DNA of 64,000 bases from Felis catus (Eukaryota), in the NCBI RefSeq assembly GCF_018350175.1, contig NC_058368.1, forward strand, positions 128,900,001 to 128,964,000. The letters run 5' to 3'. The notes below the pieces were generated by a model. The model was not told the DNA's origin and did not search any database. It saw nothing but the letters and a program-made list of their open reading frames with translations. Position numbers and translations under genes: made by a program. Numbering within the stretch: the first letter of the stretch is position 1; every line of letters begins with the position of its first letter. Shown here one piece after another: positions 49,035 to 64,000 of this stretch.

Positions 49035-50169
49035 GAAAATTATAATAAAGGATACCATACATTGTGTTAAAAACCAAAACTTATGTAGCCATATACATGC
49101 ACATAGTTCTCGGTTTCTGAAAGAAATGAAGCCATTCTGAAAGGAAGTAAAATTGTGGGCATTGTCTATTGAGGAATCAAACACTTTTCTTCCTTTCCCA
49201 GATTTTTAGAAGTTTGTCACTTATTACTGGTCAAGTTTTCGGTGGGTATGAGCAACTATCAACTACGAAGACTATGGAACAACAACAACAACAAAAAGTC
49301 ACATCAAATGTTTACTTCTTGCTCTGGAAGTTCAGAAATCTTGTCTTACTTGTGAAACAGAGAAAGACAAAATAAAATTGACAATGTATATAGTATGGTT
49401 CTTTGTAACCCAACTTTCCGGGGGGTCAGAAAGAGCCGTATAAAATATCTGAAGCTTCATGAAAGTGCCTGGAGGGAAGAGGTAAAGGTTCTCACTTAGA
49501 GTGGGTAGTTGATGCTCAACAGTTTGAACTTGACTTGAGGATAAACCAAGAGCCTGCAACTGGGACAAGGCATGTTTATCTTTAGTGCAGCGGTTTGGAG
49601 GTGGAGGCATTCCTGCAACAATTGCCTGGCACATTCTAGGCACAAAATATTTGTTGGTGACCCAGAACCACTGCCTCCAAATCGACCTTCTCTCAATTCA
49701 CAGATACTATCAAAGGAGGAAAACCCTAGAACCCCAAGAGAAACCCATTACTCTCCTCTTAATCCCCAAGAGATCAGTGTTTGCTATTTCCATGGCAACC
49801 AGAAGACGCAAAATGGCCAAAACCTGAGAGCTACTTCAGATGAAAGCCAGAAAAAAGAAAATTGACAAGAGACATGTTACAGACAGCATGGATGACAGTG
49901 TGGCCAGGTTTCCGAAATTTGGGGAGATTTTCTTCTTTCCTTGGAAGAATGCAATGCTGTCCAGAATGTAGCGGTGGAGCTTCTTGCTGTGCTGCTAAAT
50001 GTTGAGTACTTCGTTTTATTCTTTTCTTGAAAGGAGTGGAGGGACCCATGGGCCTTGGCAGCAATTAAGTGAAGGTAAGCTGTTGGAAATTGCTCTCCTG
50101 GCAAGCCTTGATGTTAACCTCAATGAGGAGGCCAGTCTGGCTACAGTGCCCTTGTTCCCTTTCTTCCAT

Positions 50170-50570
50170 GGAGTGAACAAATATTTATTGAGCACCTTCT
50201 ATTTTCTAGGTAATCTATTCTACACACAACGAAATGAAAACTTACAACTCTGATAAGGGCTCCTAGGAGAAGTCCCTGTAACTACTAGAGTGTGTAGTAA
50301 GCAGAGCTGACCTGTTAGAGCGGCCAGGCCCTCCTAAGGAAGTATGATTAAGCTGAGTAGGAGGAAACTGGGCCGTGGTTGCAGGGCCTGGGGAGGGAGA
50401 ACATTCCAGGCAGTGGGAACTCTTGGGCAAAGGCCCTTTGGAGGAAGTGAGCCTCAAGTGTTCGAGGAACTGAAAGCAGGCCTGAGCAGCCTGTGTTGGC
50501 AGAACCCCAGAGTGTGAGGGGAATGAACTTGGGGCAAGGCCAGTTGGAGATGTGAGCAGGAGCCAGGTCA
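50170..50570 (+). mobile_element. Degenerate L2 LINE fragment
   Basis: AACAAATATTTATTGAGCACCT, ACATTCCAGGCAGTGGGAAC..GCAAAGGCCC and GTGTTCGAGGAACTGAAAG are L2 motifs; purine-rich orientation, opposite to the 5330-5880 copy. Confidence 0.7.
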
Positions 50571-52704
50571 TTCTCAGTGCAGAGACTAGTCTTGCAGGGT
50601 GGGTTTGTTAGGGACTTTGGTGTCTATCTCTCCTCATTCCAGGGTGAACTCAAGCTGTAACAGGAATGTATGACAGGCCCTTCTTGTGTGTGATCTGGGA
50701 ATGGCAGCTTCTGGTTTATCTGAAATCCGTCAGAATATTGCCATACATTCCAGATGTGAACCACCAAGTTTCAAAGGATTATAATTTTATGAAATACTTT
50801 AAACCTAAATCACATTCAAGATATTTTATGTATGAAGACTCAGGCACTTTGGAGCCATCACCATGAATTTCACTTATCATCATATATTAACCGCTCAGAA
50901 GCCAGAGTTTGACCATCTAATAACTTCCCCTGTATCTGTGACCCACCTGGAATCTGGGAAGTTTGCAAGAAGCCAAAAAAATGTAACAAATTTTAAATAC
51001 ATATTTTTACCAGAGGGTAGGTCCTCATTAAGAACTTAATTGATTAATTTCATTGTACACACAGTTCTAACGAGTGGGTTTTTTGGGTTCCAAGGGCACA
51101 GCAGATAGGGAGCAATAATTTAGAAAGGGAGAAGGGATGGGGTGGTATATGTAAATAATTAAAAGTAACAGGGAGCAGTACAAATGTCGAGGAGACCAAA
51201 AAAGAACCCCCCCCCCCAAACAAAACAAAACTCCTGAGACAAAAAACCCATAAGAATTGAAAACTACATTAAAAAAAAAAAAGTAAGGAAGAAAGAGAAA
51301 GACCAAAAGCAAACTGGGGCTTTAATTACAGACAAATCTTCTTGCATGCCTTAAGATCTTGAGGGCATTGTTGTGTTTATAATAAGACTTAATGCTTAAG
51401 AAGTCAGTCATATTTTAGAAGGATTTCTGGGCCACAGAGTCAAGCTCTTAAAAAGGGTGTTGGTACTTAAGAAGTAGATCTTCAGTCATTGGGGAAATTG
51501 TTGAGGATGGTTCTTACCAAGGTTCTGTGTAACCACGGGTTTACTGTAGTATGGTTCTGTGGATGTGTTAATACAGATTTTGGGCTGAGAAAATATGTGA
51601 CATACCAGCTCTTGCTGAAACTGCTTCATTTTCACAAGCCTTCGAAATCTGGGTTTCAAGAAAATCATTGGAAGTGACGCTTTTCATATGTGAATTGTCA
51701 TGGTGCTATTCTTGACAGTGAATGAGTTCTTGAATATTTAAAAATATTGTAGGTGATACAATGTGCTCCATAAATACATCTTAAAGTTTGGCTTTCACAT
51801 TTTTAACTTTAATTTTCATGCTACCTCTTAAATGCAAATAATCTTTCTCCAGGCATAAGGTGCTCTCAAAAGTTATGTGGTTGTCTGAATTGTATGTTTT
51901 CACTTCCTCCAGATGGGAATGAGAATGAATAAAAAACAGTCCGAACACTTTGGAGAATGCTCCTGCTATATGTTTATAGAATGATTTGGGGGATGACATT
52001 ATGCGTTGCAAATAAATCCTCCGTACATGTCAGGGCATTTTCTGTCTCCCTAGAGAATATGTTCACACTATAGTAGTTGATGTTTTAATTGTGTTTTTCT
52101 TATTCTATATCACTTATCAGACCCATCTGCAAAAGAGTGATGGATTTTTGAAGAAATCATTAATTTTCTAAATGACAATTCTTCTATATTGCTACTTTTT
52201 CAGTGTTTAACAGCAGGAGTTTTTATTTGTTTTCTTTTTTCCTCCAGTTGACAGAGGTAAATAAATATGGAAGTAAATATTTTCACATTATCCAATTAAA
52301 CACATTCTTGGGTCTATCTTGTGACAAGCTTTACAAAAGACCTAGTAAAATGTTACAGCTATTACAAAGGGGAAAGACTAAATGCTCTAATTAAATGTGG
52401 CATTTCCTATTTCTTCTGGCTATCAACTAGGTTCTAGGCCTGGTTGGAGGCCAGTAAAACATTCTGGCTCTGAGATGGCTTTAATATGATGAGACTCACC
52501 ACGGATCTTCAGAGTGGAATGAATAGCAGAATGATACCAGTCTGGTCAGTTTTCACAATACTGAAATTGTATACAGTCTGTATTTACACTAAAATGTTTT
52601 TGCTCAAAATTAACATAATATAAATAAAAATAATAGCTTACCTAATATTTAACAAAAGCAAACATTTACCTCTTGAGAGAGAAATTATTGTTCAAATACA
52701 AAAT

Positions 52705-52817
52705 TTACTTTTTTAGATTTTAATTTTTAAGTAATCTCCACACCCAACAAGGGGCTCAAACTCACAACCCCAAAATCAACAGTCACATGTTCTACTGATT
52801 AAGCCACCAGGCACCTC
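52705..52817 (-). mobile_element. Short Can-SINE variant without CT tract
   Basis: TTTTTAAGTAATCTCCACACCCAAC..GGGGCTCAAACTCACAACCC...AGCCACCAGGCACC. Confidence 0.85.
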
Positions 52818-53215
52818 TCCAAATTATAAAATATAAAGCAAATTTATTTGTAAGCAAGTTGTTAACCTGATCATTTTGTGTATGTCGAGATGTAATGATT
52901 TATTTTTCAAAATTCCAGATTGTAACTTATTCCCTCGATTAGCTGAGATGACTAGCAATAATGATGAGGCAATGTCATTTTTTCTTTCTGGAGTCTTCCT
53001 TCTAAGCACTGGACTATGTGAAGTTCTTGCTACAAAAGAGTAGTTTTCAAACTTGGGTGTAAAGAAGCCTTATGTGGGGAGTGACTGATGGTCAATTTAT
53101 GGTTCCCAGCTCCAGCATTATGTTCAGGTGCACTCTAAGCGTTCTCTCTTTGAAAACCACTGCTCCAGGAATTTGATAAATCTCTATTGAATTTAACTCA
53201 ATTTTTTCACTTTTT

Positions 53216-53415
53216 AAAATGTTTGTTTTGAGAGATAGAGCACAAGCGTAAGAGTGCACTTGAGCAAGCAGGGGAGGGGCAGAGAGAGAATCTCAAGCAG
53301 GCTCCACACAGTCAGTGCAGAGCCTGACAAGGTGCTTGCTCTCACGAACTGTGAGAGTGTGACCTGAGCCAAAATCAAGAGTCAGATGCTTAACCGATTG
53401 AACCCCCAGGCACCT
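53216..53415 (-). mobile_element. Can-SINE
   Basis: Reverse head ...CCCAGGCACC; TSD CTCAA(T/A)TTTTTCA(C/T)TTTT at ~53197 and ~53414. Confidence 0.92.
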
Positions 53416-54049
53416 CAAATTTTTCATTTTTAAATTAGAAATTTACCTGGGTAAGGGTGCCATGCTAGGTCTCTGGATAGGACTCTACTGCCCCTTTCAA
53501 ATAAATTCCTTTGCCATACATCCATGTAGGCATCCAAGTACACAGAGCAGGTGCTAGATTTGGTGCTGGGGGAGGGAGTGTCTCTTCCCTGAGGCTCTCA
53601 GTTTAGTTCTTGGGAGTCCTGTTAATGAAGTTTGCCTGTCAGCCTAGCCCCTGACCACACTGGCCGATGTGATATGTGATGTGATATGATGAGTCACAGC
53701 ATTTGGGAAGCTGTAGACGTTTTGTACTTTTATTTCTTACCATTGCCTAATGGCAAATATTGGAGCATAATCAGGGGCCTCTAGTCCTGATTTAGTCCCT
53801 GGGGTAGGGTCCTGTTTGAAAAGGGTAATTATAAGTAATTTAGTAACGAATTCTATGAACACCAGGAAAACACTGTAAATATCCCCACAACTAGAGCTGG
53901 CACAGTACCAACCAATGATAACATATGGTGACTTACTTCTTCCTTGGCTCAGGGGTAAAGCTAACCTCTGGGGAGGTAGAAGCCTTGCAGTATGGTGCTG
54001 GGCACTTGGGGCCACAGAAATGGCTGAGGCATAATCCCAACCCTCAGAG

Positions 54050-55100
54050 GATTTCTAACCAGGGAAGGGAGAGAATGCGAATGGCTCAGGCAAGTGTAAA
54101 CATAACTGTGATGACAGGTAGAATGGTATAGATGCTATAGGAAAGATCCAAAGTGTTAGAAGGGCTTGAAGAGAGAGATCACACTTCTAGGTGGGTTTTC
54201 CCAGAGGAAGCGGCATTTGAGCAAGTTCTTGAAAGAAGGGTAGGAATTTGGCAAGTTGCAAGGGAAGAGAGAGACATTATAGGCAGTAGACTTGTCCTGA
54301 GCAAATGTGGGGAGTGGGAAAATGAGGAGGACTTCTGGGGGAACTGGGAGAAGTCCTGTTGGAGCATAAGAAAAATCCTGTTGGGGAGCTCGAAGTGCTA
54401 TTGGCTTTTATGGGAGATGAGGCTGGAAAGCTGGGTTTGGTCAAGATCGTATCTGAGTTTGGTCTTCTGCCAATAGGCAGCACGGAGCCATTTAAAAGAA
54501 CTTGAGCAGGAGGGTGACACAGTCAGAACTGTACTTGAGGAAGCACAACAGCTGGGTGGAGGAGGATTTGGAGGAGGAAAGGTTATACAGACATACCAGT
54601 GAGGAGGCCCTGCAGAGTGAAGAGGCGGAATAATTGAGCAGCAAGAGGGACTGGGATAGACAACACAGCAAGTAAGCCTACATGGGAGTTGCAGGAAAAG
54701 GAAAAGAGACATAAAGCTTGGGGGCCTGTAACAGGCGGCAACAGTAATGCCAGTCTAGGGGAAGGAAGAGATCCTGGTTTCCAGGGAAAGGTGGTACTCT
54801 GGATTTGAGGTGGCCACGGGCACCAGGAAGAAAGAAGTGAGCTGAAGCAGAGACCGTTACTAGGGGATGGGAATGGTGGAAACTCTACGAGGGGCAGGTC
54901 ACCAAAAATGCAGAAGAGGACGAGGATAGGCTGTAAGGAAGGGTATTATACGTTAAAGAGTTTGGAGAAGGAGAAACCAAAGACAAAGCAGAGAAAGATG
55001 AGTTGGAGATGATGGAGCCACAGTAAAGTGTCAGGGAAACCAGGGGAGAGCAATTCAAGAGGGAGAGTGGTTTCAGCTTAAGCTACTGCAGAAGGGAAAA
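54050..55100 (+). mobile_element. Degenerate L2 LINE fragment(s)
   Basis: Purine-rich; CCCAGAGGAAGCGGCATTTGAGC..TCTTGAAAGA, GGAGCCATTTAAAAGA..TTGAGCAGG and CCAGTGAGGAGGC motifs. Confidence 0.65.
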
Positions 55101-55356
55101 CTGAGAGGAGCTGGTGGCTCTGGATTCTTTTTTTAAATTAAACTAGATCCCTCCAACGTAGGATGATGCCTTAAATCTAGTCTCTTTGGTTCATTACAAA
55201 ATCGAGATCTCTAAAGTTAGGCACCTCCAAAGTGTCTATTTTTCTGTTCAATATAAATTAATGTCTTCCACTAACACATCCTATGACCCTGAATAAATCA
55301 CTTACCCTGTCTAGGGGCACCTGTTTTGTCATCTTTTACTTCCCAGATAAGCGATT

Positions 55357-55501
55357 CTGTGTGTATCATATGAAAATACTTGGTAATGTACACAATATTA
55401 CACATGCCTGAGAAAATACTTGGTAATGTACACAATATTACACATGCCTGTGTGTATCACATGAAAATACTTGGTAATGTACACAATATTACACATGACT
55501 G
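55357..55501. repeat. Three copies of a 39-bp unit (irregular tandem repeat) next to a MIR remnant
   Basis: GAAAATACTTGGTAATGTACACAATATTACACATG(C/A)CTG at 55372-55410, 55412-55450 and 55463-55501. Confidence 0.95.
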
Positions 55502-56457
55502 TATTTGAGAAGAGCTCAAATTGTACTTTACTTTTCGACTTTTTTTCCTATCACCTATGTTTTTCAAAAGTTTAAACATTATTTTTATTTTTAATAGATC
55601 CAGAAATGTAATAACTAGAGGAAAGAGCCCTCCCCTCCCATTTGCCTATAAAGATTCTCTTCCAGCTTTTTTCTCAGGCCTTTACCTAAGCATTGAGAGG
55701 TGCACCCCCAAATACCAGACAGATATACAGAAACATTATGTCATCAAAATTTTCCTAACAAGTTAAGGTAGCGATGGACAGTCTGCCAGCATCCCGTCCC
55801 CCAGGGACCTGCAGCCTGGGTCTTCTCAAGGCCTGACCACAGTTAAGAGCCAAGACCGGCAGTTGGAGGTCCCCTGGGCCTTGGCCTTCGGTGGGCGATT
55901 TTCTTTAAAATTCAGACGCACTCTATTTCCTTTCATTTTAACCCAGGCAATGAAGCAGGCCGGTGGGTAACACCAGCCAATAAGCTTAAAAGACGTGAAA
56001 GTGTCAAAGGAGACACGGTTTATCTTCCACAATAGCGACCGTATCAGTATCGCGATTTACAGTAAAAACAAGGTGGGGCGAAGAGTAAGGATGTCGCCAA
56101 CGCGCTAATTAAGTCTGCGGCTTGGACCCAGATTTGACCGAGCTCTGTGGAGTGCGAACAATATCCGCAGGGTTCCCCGTTCAGCCCGGGACTCGCCTCT
56201 TTGCCTTCGCCGGCGCCCTCGTACCAGCGAGCAGCGCTCTTCGCTCGCCCGCCCCCCTCCGCTGCCTTTACCCGAGTGGAAGGGCCGTTCGGGAGTAGCC
56301 AGCGCGGCTGGGAGGACGGCGAGCGTCCGGAGTGCCTAGGTTCCTGGCAGCCGGGCACCCGGGACCGAGGCTGGCCGACCTAAGTGCGCACCCAGCGCGT
56401 TAGCAGCCGCCGTCCGCCGCCGAGCGGCCGGGGCGCGCCGTCTCCAGTCGGCGGGGC

Positions 56458-56497
56458 TGTGCGCGCGCGCGCGCGTGGGGTGTGTGTGTGCGCGCGT
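56458..56497. repeat. Alternating purine-pyrimidine tracts (CG)n and (TG)n(CG)n
   Basis: TGTGCGCGCGCGCGCGCGTG, a short G run, then GTGTGTGTGTGCGCGCGT. Confidence 0.92.
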
Positions 56498-57399
56498 CCG
56501 TGGCGTGTGTACTCACAAAGGTGTGTTCGCTAAATCCACTGCCCCGGTGTGCCCTCTGCCTCGAGCAGAGCACCCAGCTTGGAGCTGGGTCTCGGCGGCG
56601 CGGCCGCGGGGGCGACGCGAGCCGGTTCAAGTTTCCCTGCTCCGCGCCAGCGGCCTGGCCAGCTTCCTCGCCCGCCGAGCTGAGAGTGCGCTAGGGCCGG
56701 GAGGCCACGGCCAGCTCAGGACGCGCGTCGCAGAGCTGCGGGGCAGGTTCCGAGCGCTCTGAGCGTTTTGGAACACTTTGGCCGGCTCGGCTCCCAGACC
56801 GGCCGCCGGGATACAGCGGACACGGGAATCCGGGACGGGTGCACTGCAGCCATGCGGGGCAGCTGAGTGGCCGCTCTCCTTCCCTACCCGGGTCTGCAAA
56901 AGTGAACTGGAAAACAGCCGAGCGCAGCCTCCTCCCTCTTCCCCAGCGCCGCAGTCCCGGCTGGCGTGGGGGTGGGGGGAGTTCCCCTGGGCTGACTGTA
57001 GGGGAAGCGGGCAGCGGGGCTGCCTCGGCCGCACCTCCTCCGCCTTCCTCTCCACCCCCGTCCCTCAGGTTCCACGCCGCATTTCTTTGTTTTGAAAGCG
57101 CCTCCTCCGCCCAGAGGCTTTTCCCCGGGCGGCCAGGCTCTGACGGGGGTGGGGGGTGGGGCATTGGCTCGCGGGCCCCGCCCCTCATTTAGCACGGACC
57201 CTTCCCCGGGCTCTTCTCCCCAAGTCCCCCCCCCCCGCCGCCAACTCCCCTTCCCTCCGCTTTTAGACCCACCAGGCGCGTCTTCACTTGCCGGACATCA
57301 AAGGGCGGCAGGGAATTGGAGGGGGAAGTTGAGTTGGCAGGGGGCACAGAGACCCACCCACCTTAGGCCAGGCTCGGCTGCCCGTCCCCTCCCGCGGGA

Positions 57400-64000
<6,601 letters not shown>

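Noticed and set aside
55357..55501. CRISPR-like array (39-bp near-identical repeats with internal dyad)
   Set aside because: Spacers are 1 and 12 nt and not unique, there are no cas genes, and the context is mammalian; it is a simple tandem duplication.

Overview
Mammalian genomic DNA from a feliform carnivore, probably a felid: about 26 tRNA-derived Can-SINE copies carry the feliform-type head GGGGCGCCTGGGTGGCTCAGTCGGTTAAGCGTCCGACTTCGGCTCAGG. Positions ~1-56000 are an intergenic desert of Can-SINEs, old L1/L2/MIR fragments, an MLT2 solo LTR, hAT MITEs, microsatellites and several repeat-free motif-dense blocks that may be enhancers. A ~3.4 kb CpG island (~56030-59470) contains the promoter and first coding exon of ZSWIM6 (ATG 57741, donor after 58401; BC-box/Cul2-box, poly-Gly and poly-Ala tracts). 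The rest is the start of intron 1. I see no prokaryotic-type system, CRISPR array or second protein-coding gene, and I cannot claim a new biological system. The best leads are (i) two sequence-predicted in-frame routes to a ZSWIM6 isoform lacking its Elongin-BC/Cul2 module and (ii) repeated reuse of the same retrotransposon target site, including two 'triple TSD' structures enclosing a headless A-tail. Repeat family names come from remembered consensus sequences, not a database search, and boundaries of old repeats are approximate.
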